From an uncultured Solirubrobacteraceae bacterium (GTDB lineage: Bacteria > Actinomycetota > Thermoleophilia > Solirubrobacterales > Solirubrobacteraceae), in assembly GCA_963697795.1 (NCBI GenBank), contig OY969097.1, positions 3,138,972-3,202,971 on the forward strand: a stretch of 64,000 nucleotides of DNA. The letters are read 5' to 3'. Below are positions 41,901 through 49,602 of this stretch, piece by piece. The stretch's first letter is position 1; every line of letters starts with the position of its first letter. Both the position numbers and the translations under genes were made by a program. The notes beneath the pieces were generated by a model that saw only the letters and a program-made list of their open reading frames with translations, was not told the origin of the DNA and made no database searches.

Positions 41901-42276
41901 CCTCCAAGGCCCCGCCTACCTCGTAAGCCACGCCGGCGAAGAACTCCCCAACGTCATCTTCGTCCTGCAAGGCTACGGCATCACCATCCACGCCACCAGC
42001 ACCACCCACATCCACAACGGCATCACCACCAGCACCTTCAACACCCTCCCCGACCAACCCCTCACCAACCTCACCGCAACCTTCCCCGAGCAACGCTACA
42101 GCCTCCTCGGCACCATCTACAACCTCTGCACCCTCCCCAAAACCCAACTCACCATGCCCACCACCCTCACCGCCCAAAACGGCACCCAAACCCACCAAAA
42201 CACCACCATCACCCCCACCAACTGCCCCAAACACCACACCAAAACCAAACACACCAAAACCAAACACAAACACTAA
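38965..42276 (+). CDS. large membrane-anchored protein (cassette protein C, copy 2)
   Basis: The translation is identical to 22850..26146 except for an extra TKTKH unit (1103 versus 1098 aa). It has the same TGATG overlap with B. Confidence 0.75.
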   Translation: MLAGLSAGSEGGVRCGVGGVVVWRVVVLVVCVVVLGLCVGVGVGWGAGGSVGWWRLGVGARPVVLGVGSEGEVVGFAENVGYGPVDGGIVPVRVGMVLPAGLRAVGVAGAVPFANTQTVVPGCKVLAGGGEVLCEFEGGLPAFDGIEVRVKVDVESVVSGKVGLVVSGGEVSGAEVQRGVRVGSEEPAFGVEEFGLALEEAGGGPVSQAGAHPFQMTASVAVNSGPDPGSLAEKPGQQPVVLPKDIVTGLPAGLVGDPNGVPTCSLADFLRIVNNVDLCTAATQVGVVSTTANVKSAIGSATFVLPLFNLERGPGEPARFGFMIPEDKLPVVLDPQLRDEKGGDYGIDVHASDLSQTGGVTSARVTVWGAPGDPRHDAERGWSCIYVLNGTPPPSPCEIPEGESNTAFLRLPTQCETLPEFTLRADSWDKPGEFLSFTPDEPLPLFTGCNRLQFAPSVSVLPSTSTAGAASGLDVTVEDHNEGLTAGEGRSQSDVKDTTITLPEGMTVNPSAGNGLGACSQEQFEDETLERQECPADSQIGELEVETPLLNKVLHGAVYVAEPYGNQFHSLLAMFFVVKDPETGVLVRIPGEVQANETTGQLTSTIKDLPQLPFSRVSVHLREGPLAPLITPPGCTSEAQTTGALIPWANPQSSTPVSTSFQINNCPGSPFTPGLTAGTESNSAGSFSPLVLRLTRSDRENEISTITTSLPGGLSADLNGVQFCSQAQIENARAVSGLQEKNMPSCPAGSQLGETLVGSGVGASLTYVPGKIYFAGPYRGAPFSLVSITPAVVGPFDLGDVVLRFALQINPETSAATVEPTPGEPLPRIIKGIVTHARDIRVMITRAGFTLNPTNCNPTQITTTITSTQNQTSTPTARYQAANCPGLKFATKLTASTQGQTSRANGASLTVHVSQPSLPLGTFTNLKSVKTEIPRSLPARLETLKKSCPAPTFNTNPAGCPSTAIVGHVTANSPLVPEPLQGPAYLVSHAGEELPNVIFVLQGYGITIHATSTTHIHNGITTSTFNTLPDQPLTNLTATFPEQRYSLLGTIYNLCTLPKTQLTMPTTLTAQNGTQTHQNTTITPTNCPKHHTKTKHTKTKHKH

Positions 42277-42336
42277 AACCACCCAACCACACCCCCACCA
42301 ACCACACCCCTCACAAAGCACAGCACCACGCCGAGT

Positions 42337-43779
42337 GAGGGCGTCCGTTTTTCTGTGTAGGCGGGTTGGTGGTTTCAGTTGGGTAGCCGGTTGCCGAAGT
42401 GGATCTTGAATGCGAGCATTGCCTTTGTCCAGCCGCGGGTTCGGGTCCATCGTGGCCCGGCGTTTTGGATGGCGAGGTAGATCAGCTTGCGGGCGGCGTC
42501 CTCGCTGGGGAAGCTTCCCTTGGTCTTGATCGCCTTGCGTAGCTGCCGGTTCAGAGCCTCGATCGCGTTGGTGGTGTAGATCACCCGGCGGATTTCGGGC
42601 TCGAACGCCATGAACGGGGTCACGTACTCCCAGGCTGACCGCCATGCCTGGCCGATCACGGGCAGCTGCTGCCCCCATTTCTCCTCGAATGCCGCTAGCG
42701 CCACGAGTGCAGCGTCGGCATCGATGGCGGTGTAGATCGGCCGGAGGTCCTTGGTGACCTGCTCGTATTGCTTGCGGGGTACGTACTTCAGGCTGTGACG
42801 AATCAGATGGACGATGCACGTCTGGACTGTCGTCAGCGGGAACGTTGCCTCGATGGCCTCGGGGAAGCCCTTCAGCCCGTCCACGCAGCAGATCAGGATG
42901 TCCTGCAGGCCCCGCTGGCGCAGGTCGGTGAGGACTTGCATCCAGAACTTGGCGCCCTCGTTGGCCTGAAACCACATGCCGAGCACTTCGCGCTCGCCGT
43001 CCAGGTTGATCGCCAGAGCGAGATAGCAAGCCCTGCGCTGCACCGACCCGCCATCGCGGATCTTGAGCACGAGCGCGTCGAGGAACACGACCGGGTAGAC
43101 GTCGTCAAGCGGCCGGGTCTGCCACGCCCTAGCGTCCTCCATCACGGCGTCGGTCACGCGGCTGATCAGGTCCCGGCCGACACTTCATGCCGTAGATCTC
43201 GGCCAGATGCGCTTCGATATCCCGTGTTGAGAGGCCGCGGCTGTAGAGCGCGAGGATCTTCTCGTCGAACCCCTCAAAGCGCCGCTGACGCTTCTTGACG
43301 ATCTGCGGCTCAAACGTCCCAGCACGGTCTCGAGGAGCATCGATCTGAACCGGCCCGTGCTCGGTGATCAGCGTCTTGGGCGTGGTCCCGTTCCTGGCGT
43401 TCCCCGCCCCGCCGGGCGGCTCCAGATGCGGCTCGTAGCCGAGGTGATCGGTGAGCTCGACCTCCATCGCGCGCTCCACCAGCCGCTTCGTCAGCTGCGA
43501 CAGAAGCCCACCCTGGCCAACGATCTCCTCCTCGCCCCGGGCGCCAGCTAGTAGCTCATCGAGCACCTCATCCGGCAACAGCTTCTTGACCCGATCCGGC
43601 AAATCCGCCACCCCGTGAGGGATACCAGCATCGCGCCCGGCGGCGTTTCGCTGCGCTCGCCCTACGGGCTCGCTCCGCGAAACGCCGCCGACAACCTCCT
43701 CCTGCGTCTGTACCTGCGTCGCTGTAGACATGAGCCTCCTTTCGACTCAGTGCCTACACAGAAGACCGGACACTCCCGT
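42337..43779 (-). mobile_element. IS256-family insertion sequence (about 1.44 kb) with imperfect ~26-bp terminal inverted repeats
   Basis: Comparison with the empty site in copy 1 (...GCGCCGAGT|CGCGAGGTCC...) delimits the insertion. The ends are GAGGGCGTCCGTTTTTCTGTGTAGGC and, reverse-complemented, GGGAGTGTCCGGTCTTCTGTGTAGGC. Composition is ordinary high-GC, unlike the surrounding C+A-rich arm. I could not define a clean target-site duplication. Confidence 0.85.
42375..43731 (-). pseudogene. IS256/mutator-family transposase, split by a frameshift near 43160-43180
   Basis: The N-terminal ORF 43129..43731 ends ...AHLAEIYGMKC then goes out of frame. Shifting one frame restores GRDLISRVTDAVMEDARAWQTRPLD, which continues as ORF 42375..43157 (YPVVFLDALVLKIRD...CVDGLKGFPEAI...QTCIVHLIR). 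This is either a real frameshift or a sequencing error. Confidence 0.8.
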
Positions 43780-44069
43780 CGCGAGGTCCTGTGGGCGTCC
43801 GGTAACGAACACGGCAGCCCAGCATCTACCACCTCCTGGTGATTGCGTGGTCGTTCCGGAAGTGGGGGAACGATGCTCGCGAACCCGTGTAATCAAAAAC
43901 ACGGCCTGCGGTGGGAGACAAACCCGTCAAACGCTTGACCGGCCCGCAGCACCTCGGGCACACTGACAGGGTCCTAAACACTCCTCCCCGTCTTGACCAC
44001 GCAACACCAACAACCGGTCAAGCACACAACCAGGGAGGGGGAAAACCAAAGCAAGGGAGCAAGGACCCA

Positions 44070-44783
44070 ATGAAACACATCAAAACGCTCGGCCTCGCCC
44101 TGCTCGCACTCTTCGCGATCAGCGCGATCACCGCAGCAGCGGCGAGCGCAATCACAAACGCAGAATTCTTACCCGCACCAACAGTCAGCAGCCCACTCAA
44201 GGCGAGCGTCACCGGCGGCAAAGGCAAGCTCGTCACCGTCGGCGGCAAGGAAGTCAAATGCGAAGGCTTCTCAGGTAAAGGGGAATTCACGAGTGCGACG
44301 TTAGGGACGGGCTCGATCGAATTCACGACGTGCACGAGTGAAGGCTCGAAATGCACGACCGGCTCAGACGCCAAAGGCACGATCTTAGCGCCCACGGTCG
44401 ACCTGTTAGCCGTCTCGGTATCGGAAGCATCCAAACTATTACTTGGACTTCTAATAACCCCCACCGCGAACGTGACCTTCACATGCGGCGTCCTGAAATT
44501 CGAAGTCAAGGGCTCAATCGTCGCCGAAGCCGGGCAACTAAGAGAATCATCCCTGACCGAAACACTGAAAACAGTACCGATGCCTGCCGAAGGCACCAAA
44601 GAATTAATCTTAGCCGTACTACTGACCCTCGTGCTCAACGAGACAGGTGGCAAACCGACATTCGGTCCTGACCACCTCGAAACAACCGACAACGGGACCA
44701 CCTTCGAAGAATCCGGGATCAAGTCCGAAGAAACGATCACGGTGACCTTCAGCAACCCCGAAAAGGTCCACATCGACTACTAG
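44070..44783 (+). CDS. small secreted 4-Cys protein, paralog D1 of copy 2
   Basis: 237 aa with the same signal peptide as 26545..27258 (MKHIKTLGLALLALFAISAITAAAASA). Internal start within ORF 43911..44783. Confidence 0.8.
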   Translation: MKHIKTLGLALLALFAISAITAAAASAITNAEFLPAPTVSSPLKASVTGGKGKLVTVGGKEVKCEGFSGKGEFTSATLGTGSIEFTTCTSEGSKCTTGSDAKGTILAPTVDLLAVSVSEASKLLLGLLITPTANVTFTCGVLKFEVKGSIVAEAGQLRESSLTETLKTVPMPAEGTKELILAVLLTLVLNETGGKPTFGPDHLETTDNGTTFEESGIKSEETITVTFSNPEKVHIDY

Positions 44784-44811
44784 CCACACCGCAACACAAC
44801 ACAAGCAGAAA

Positions 44812-44840
44812 GGTGGGGCCGCCTCCAAGGCGGCCCCACC
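44812..44840 (+). terminator. GC-rich intergenic stem-loop
   Basis: GGTGGGGCCGCC-TCCAA-GGCGGCCCCACC, identical to the element at 27287..27315. Confidence 0.4.
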
Positions 44841-45002
44841 ACACTCCACACCAAAAAGAGGACAGCCAGACCTTAGAGAACCTCGCACCACGAACACGAC
44901 ACAAACCAGACACAAAACGCAGGGCATGTGGGGACCAACAGCACAGCGGGCAGAGACCCGTCCGTGCCTAACAACAACAGTCCACACACAGAGGAGCCCA
45001 GA

Positions 45003-45716
45003 ATGAACCACGCAAAGGCAACGCTCCTCGCCCTGCTCGCACTCACCGCGACCAGCGCGATCACCGCAGCAACAGCAAACGCGGTCACAAACGCAGAATT
45101 CTTACCCGCACCAACAACCAGCAGCCCACTCAAAGCGAGCATCTCCGGCGGCAAATTGAAACTAGTCACCGTCGGCGGCAAGGAAGTCGGCTGCACAGGC
45201 TTCCAAGGCAAAGGTGAATTCACGAGTGCGACGTTAGGGACGGGCTCAATTGAATTCACCGGCTGCACGAGTGAAGGCTCGAAATGCACGACCGGCTCAG
45301 ACGCCAAAGGCACGATCTTAGCGCCCACGGTAGACCTGTTAGCCGTCTCGGTATCCGAAGCATCCAAACTATTACTCGGACTTCTAATAACCCCCACCGC
45401 CAACCTGTCCTTCGCATGCGGCGTCCTGAAATTCGAAATCAAGGGCTCTGTCGTCGCTGAAGCCGGGCAACTAAGAGAATCATCCCTGACCGAAACACTC
45501 AAAACAGTACCGAGGCCCGCCGAAGGCACCAAAGAATTAATCTTAGCCGTACTACTGTCCCTCGTGCTCAACGAGTCAGGTGGGAAACCGACATTCGGTC
45601 CTGACCACCTCGAAATAACCGACAACGGGACTACCTTCGAAGAATCCGGGATCAAGGCCGAAGAAACGATCACGGTGACCTTCAGCAACCCCGAAAAGGT
45701 CCACATCGACTACTAG
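45003..45716 (+). CDS. small secreted 4-Cys protein, paralog D2 of copy 2
   Basis: 237 aa. MNHAKATLLALLALTATSAITAATANA, then VTNAEFLPAPTTSSPLKASISGGKLKLVTV. Confidence 0.8.
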   Translation: MNHAKATLLALLALTATSAITAATANAVTNAEFLPAPTTSSPLKASISGGKLKLVTVGGKEVGCTGFQGKGEFTSATLGTGSIEFTGCTSEGSKCTTGSDAKGTILAPTVDLLAVSVSEASKLLLGLLITPTANLSFACGVLKFEIKGSVVAEAGQLRESSLTETLKTVPRPAEGTKELILAVLLSLVLNESGGKPTFGPDHLEITDNGTTFEESGIKAEETITVTFSNPEKVHIDY

Positions 45717-45744
45717 CCACACCGCAACACAACACAAGCAGAAA

Positions 45745-45773
45745 GGTGGGGCCGCCTCCAAGGCGGCCCCACC
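45745..45773 (+). terminator. GC-rich intergenic stem-loop
   Basis: The same 12-bp-stem element as at 27287 and 44812. Confidence 0.4.
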
Positions 45774-45936
45774 ACACTCCACACCAAAAAGAGGACAACC
45801 AGACCTCAGAGAACCTCACACCACGAACACGACACAAACCAGACACAAAACGCAGGGCATGTGGGGACAACAGCACAGCGGACATTAGACCCGCCCGTGC
45901 CCAACAACAACAGTCCACACACAGAGGAGCCCCACA

Positions 45937-46650
45937 ATGAGCCACGCAAAGGCAACACTCCTCGCCCTGCTCGCACTCACCGCGACCAGCGCGATCACCG
46001 CAGCAACAGCAAACGCGGTCACAAACGCGGAACTGTTACCCGCACCAACAGTCAGCAGCCCACTCAACGCGAAAGTCGTCGGCGGCAAAGGCAAGCTCGT
46101 CACCGTCGGCGGCAAGGAAGTCAGCTGCACAGGCTTCCAAGGCAGCGGGAAATTCACGAGTGCGACGTTAGGGGAAGGCTCGATTGAATTCACCGGCTGC
46201 ACGACTGAAGGCTCGAAATGCACGACCGGCTCAGACGCTAAAGGCACGATCTTAGCACCCACCGGCGACCTGTTAGCCGTCTCGGTATCGGAAGCATCCA
46301 AACTATTACTTGGACTTCTAATCACTCCGACCGCCAACGTGACCTTCACATGCGGCGTGCTGAAATTCGAAGTCAAGGGCTCAATCATTATCGAAGCTGG
46401 GCAACTAAGAGAATCATCCCTGACCGAAACACTCAAAACAGTACCGATGCCTGCCGAAGGCACCAAAGAATTAATCTTAGCCGTACTAATAACCGGTACG
46501 CTCAACGAGACGGGAGGCAAACCCACCTTCGGTCCCGACCACCTCGAAATAACCGACAACGGCACCACATTCGAAGAAGCCGGCGCCAAGTCCGAAGAAA
46601 CAATCACCGCAACCTTCAGCAACCCCGAAAAGATACACATCGACTACTAG
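45937..46650 (+). CDS. small secreted 4-Cys protein, paralog D3 of copy 2
   Basis: 237 aa. MSHAKATLLALLALTATSAITAATANA. It shares the D3-specific features (ELLPAPT, IIIEA, ITGTLNETGG, EEAGAKSEETITATFSNPEKIHIDY). Confidence 0.8.
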   Translation: MSHAKATLLALLALTATSAITAATANAVTNAELLPAPTVSSPLNAKVVGGKGKLVTVGGKEVSCTGFQGSGKFTSATLGEGSIEFTGCTTEGSKCTTGSDAKGTILAPTGDLLAVSVSEASKLLLGLLITPTANVTFTCGVLKFEVKGSIIIEAGQLRESSLTETLKTVPMPAEGTKELILAVLITGTLNETGGKPTFGPDHLEITDNGTTFEEAGAKSEETITATFSNPEKIHIDY

Positions 46651-46687
46651 CCGACCGGGCGGACGCGATATTCAACGTAGGCAGCGT

Positions 46688-46712
46688 GTGGGCGGCGAGC
46701 GGCGCCGCCCAC
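46688..46712 (+). terminator. stem-loop at the right end of cassette copy 2
   Basis: GTGGGCGGCG-AGCGG-CGCCGCCCAC, 10-bp stem. Confidence 0.35.
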
Positions 46713-47326
46713 TGCGCGACAGGGCAGTGGTCAAGACCGGCGCGTCGGAGATACACTCGCGCGCCACGGGCGGCCGCTACACGAATTTGTGTCGCAATGG
46801 TTGGCGGCGCATATGATTGCGGCGGCCGACAGAGAAAAGCGGGCGCAGAAATGTGATGCGTAGCCGGTGTTCTAGGTACTCAATCCGCCGTGACGTTCGA
46901 CGAACGTGGATCTGGCGCGGCCTGATCGCCGGGATGACCGGTGAGGGCTGGTGTCACTGGGCCCGTAGGTCAGTGATCGTGCCGATCGACGAGGGCTGGG
47001 ATGTAGGACCGGCGAGCGCTGCGGCGACGCCGTCGTGCTACGGGCCGTGAACCCGCGCGGCGCGCTGCATGGGTCAATTGATGTTTCTCATTCCTACCGG
47101 TGTTGCATTCGGCTTGAGGGGCTGTAAACGAGCGTGGAGCGGGGCGTCTGGCGGGAGCAGGCCCGGAGGGGCGGCGTACTATGGAGAGGCCTCGGTCGGG
47201 GAGTGGAGGGGGCGCGGCGTACAGGCCGTGGCTGGAACCCAAGCGATCCGCCGGGCGCATGCGTAGAGCGCAGTGGACGCGCTCTGAATGTGTAGTCAAC
47301 CGATGAGAAGAACGAGGAGCGTGTTC

Positions 47327-48157
47327 ATGCTGGGGAAGGTGAGAAGCAAGCTGACCTATGCCAACGTCGCGGCGACGCTGGCTTTGCTTATGGGGATGAC
47401 AGGTACCGCCTACGCGGCGAAGTACCTCATCACCTCGACGAAGCAGATCAAGCCGAGCGTCCTGGCGTCGCTGAAGGGCAAGGCTGGTCCTGCCGGACCT
47501 GCCGGTGCGAACGGAGCCGCCGGCGCCCCGGGCGCGAAAGGCGAAAACGGCGCCCCGGGCGCGAAAGGCGAAAACGGCGCCCCCGGAACGAACGGAACGT
47601 CGGTCACGATGGCGACGTTCACGGGCAAAAAAGGCTCGTGCGAAGAAGGTGGCACCGAACTGAAAGGCACGAGCACGGTTCTCGTGTGCAACGGCAAGCC
47701 TGGACCGACGACTGAAAAGCTTCCGTCCAAAGACACCGAGACCGGAACCTGGGCCGTCGCGGGGTTGGAATCCGCGAGCGACTTCGCCCAGGCGGCTATC
47801 TCGTTCGCGATTCCGCTCGAACAGGAATTGCCGGGCTTCGAAGAACCGTCGGCAGGCGTGGAAATCCGTGGGCACACGCATTACATCAACAACAAAAACG
47901 AAGAACTCTTCGAAGGTGTTGGAACGACAACTCACCCGGACTGCACGGGAAGCGTCGCGAACCCGACGGCGGCGCCGGGCAGCCTGTGTGTATACGGCGG
48001 GGAAGAAGAAAATGTTCTCACGGGCTCGGAAGAGATCAGATCGCCCGTCACGTCGGCTTCTCAGGAATCGGTGGGCCGAGCCGGGGATGTCTTGCGCCTC
48101 GATGTGACTGCGAAGAACGCGAGGGCCTCGGGCAGTTGGGCGGTGACCGCGGAATAG
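47327..48157 (+). CDS. membrane-anchored collagen-like (G-X-Y repeat) protein
   Basis: AGGAG lies 7 nt before ATG 47327. N-terminal anchor LTYANVAATLALLMGMTGTAYA. A 14-triplet G-X-Y run GKAGPAGPAGANGAAGAPGAKGENGAPGAKGENGAPGTNGTS includes a perfect 27-bp tandem duplication. A Cys-containing C-terminal globular part follows. Confidence 0.75.
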   Translation: MLGKVRSKLTYANVAATLALLMGMTGTAYAAKYLITSTKQIKPSVLASLKGKAGPAGPAGANGAAGAPGAKGENGAPGAKGENGAPGTNGTSVTMATFTGKKGSCEEGGTELKGTSTVLVCNGKPGPTTEKLPSKDTETGTWAVAGLESASDFAQAAISFAIPLEQELPGFEEPSAGVEIRGHTHYINNKNEELFEGVGTTTHPDCTGSVANPTAAPGSLCVYGGEEENVLTGSEEIRSPVTSASQESVGRAGDVLRLDVTAKNARASGSWAVTAE

Positions 48158-48233
48158 CGACGCCGGCGAGTGCGCGACAGAGGGCGGGGACCAGGCCTGG
48201 TCCCCGCCCCCGCGGCCTGTCCAGCCCTGGAGC

Positions 48234-48824
48234 TCAGGAGCGCGCCGCGGAGTCGAACAGGTGGCCCGAGGGTATCCCGATCACGCTGCCGCTGAATCGC
48301 TTCTTGGCTCCGTAGACGACCCACGTCGTGTCCACGGCGCCGTAGCGCTCGACGAGCCGCAGGCGCTCGGGGTTTTCCGCGGCGTGGTGGACGTGCGTGA
48401 GGCCGGCGTCGTAGCGTCCGGCCAGGAGGTTCGCAGCCACGACCGGCTTTGAGGGCTCGTCGATCACCTGCTCCCACGGATCGAGGTCGAGATAGCCGCG
48501 GGTCGCCGAGACGATGCCGAGGCTTCGCGGCTGCTCCACGTCGCGCCTGACGAGCAGGCCGAGCTCCTTGGTCGGGTAGATGAAGGTGTCGATCACGAAC
48601 ACCGATCGGTGGTAGCGCTCGGTGACCAGATGCACCTGCACGTGGGCGCTGCACTGGACGAGGTAGGTGTTATCCCGGTCGCGCACCTGCACGATCGCCT
48701 CCAGCAGGTCGGGGACCAGTTCGACGTCGTAGGACTCGAGCCCCTGGAACTCCAGGTAGTGCAGGAGCGCATTCTCATGACAGGTGCCGCTGGGCCCGAG
48801 GGTGATGAAGGTCGGACGGCTCAC
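48234..48824 (-). CDS. prephenate-dehydratase-fold protein lacking an ACT domain (dehydratase or non-aromatizing decarboxylase)
   Basis: 196 aa. The N-terminal FITLGPSGTCHENAL resembles the PDT motif (LGP.GT.S..A). The GTG start overlaps the stop of the upstream gene (GTGA). Confidence 0.6.
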   Translation of the reverse strand: MSRPTFITLGPSGTCHENALLHYLEFQGLESYDVELVPDLLEAIVQVRDRDNTYLVQCSAHVQVHLVTERYHRSVFVIDTFIYPTKELGLLVRRDVEQPRSLGIVSATRGYLDLDPWEQVIDEPSKPVVAANLLAGRYDAGLTHVHHAAENPERLRLVERYGAVDTTWVVYGAKKRFSGSVIGIPSGHLFDSAARS

Positions 48825-49114
48825 GGCGTCGCTGCCGTGTCGTTGCCCATCAGCTCATCCTCCATCGCGCACGTCGCCGCGATCAGGACGTCGAACAGGG
48901 AGCTCGCGAACCCGTCGGGGAGGCCGGCTTGGCGCCCCCGCTCGGCGTAGCGCGCGCGCACCTCCTGGACGCGGCCCGGCTGCATCATCGGTATCTGGTG
49001 CTCGGCCTTGTAGCGCGCGATCTCCCTGCAAACCTCGAAGCGCTCGCCGAGCAGCCCGACGATACGCTCGTCGAGGTCGTCCAGGCGACGCCGATGTGGA
49101 TCCAGGCCGCTCAT
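48821..49114 (-). CDS. AroQ-class chorismate-mutase-like protein
   Basis: 97 aa. MSGLDPHRRRLDDLDERIVGLLGERFEVCREIARYKAEHQIPMMQPGRVQEVRARY, the typical AroQ helix pattern. ATGA overlap with the upstream GNAT stop. Confidence 0.75.
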   Translation of the reverse strand: MSGLDPHRRRLDDLDERIVGLLGERFEVCREIARYKAEHQIPMMQPGRVQEVRARYAERGRQAGLPDGFASSLFDVLIAATCAMEDELMGNDTAATP

Positions 49115-49602
49115 GAGGGCGCCAGCCGCATCCTCGGTCCGACCGGCACGAACCCGTTGCGTTCGTAGAACGAAGCCGTCGCGGCCAGCGCCCGGAAGCG
49201 CTCGGACGGGAGGCCCACCTCGATGCGCTCGATCCCACGCGTCTTGGCCAGCTCCCGCAGCTCCCCGAGCAGCCGGGCGCCGATCGCTCGGCTGCGCCAG
49301 TCCCAGCGAACCCACAGGTCCTGTATCAGGCAGTAGCGCCCTGCCGCGTGGATCGCCAGTTGCCAGCTGGCGGCCAGCACCCCCACGATCTCGCCTTCGC
49401 ACTCCGCCAGCAGGACGGCGCCCGCCGTCTCGTCGCCGATCAGCTCGCCGGCGGCCCGGCGCAGGAGCGCCTCGCTCGGCGGCGTCGCACCCAGCTCGAT
49501 CAGCAGGTCCCCGACAGCCGTTGCCACCTTCTGCACGTCCGCCGCGGCGGCACGCCTCACCGTCGCTTGCACGGCGTTGCCCTGTCTCGTCGTCCCGGTC
49601 AT
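49111..49602 (-). CDS. GNAT-family N-acetyltransferase
   Basis: 163 aa. Motif A region LIQDLWVRWDWRSRAIGARLLGELRELAK and C-terminal FYERNGF. ATGA overlap with the pabAB stop. Confidence 0.8.
   Translation of the reverse strand: MTGTTRQGNAVQATVRRAAAADVQKVATAVGDLLIELGATPPSEALLRRAAGELIGDETAGAVLLAECEGEIVGVLAASWQLAIHAAGRYCLIQDLWVRWDWRSRAIGARLLGELRELAKTRGIERIEVGLPSERFRALAATASFYERNGFVPVGPRMRLAPS

Larger units (their letters stand above)
33969..46712. repeat. segmental repeat, copy 2 of the six-gene cassette, interrupted by an IS256-family element
   Basis: Same gene order and orientation as 17814..29182. It carries one extra 15-bp repeat unit at the C-terminus of C and a 1443-bp insertion between C and D1. 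Confidence 0.95.

Noticed and set aside
17398-48157. Prophage or integrative element
   Set aside because: No integrase, terminase, portal, capsid, tail-tape or lysis genes are present, and housekeeping ilvE-cimA-degT sit between the two copies. Only IS remnants and a collagen-like protein hint at mobility.
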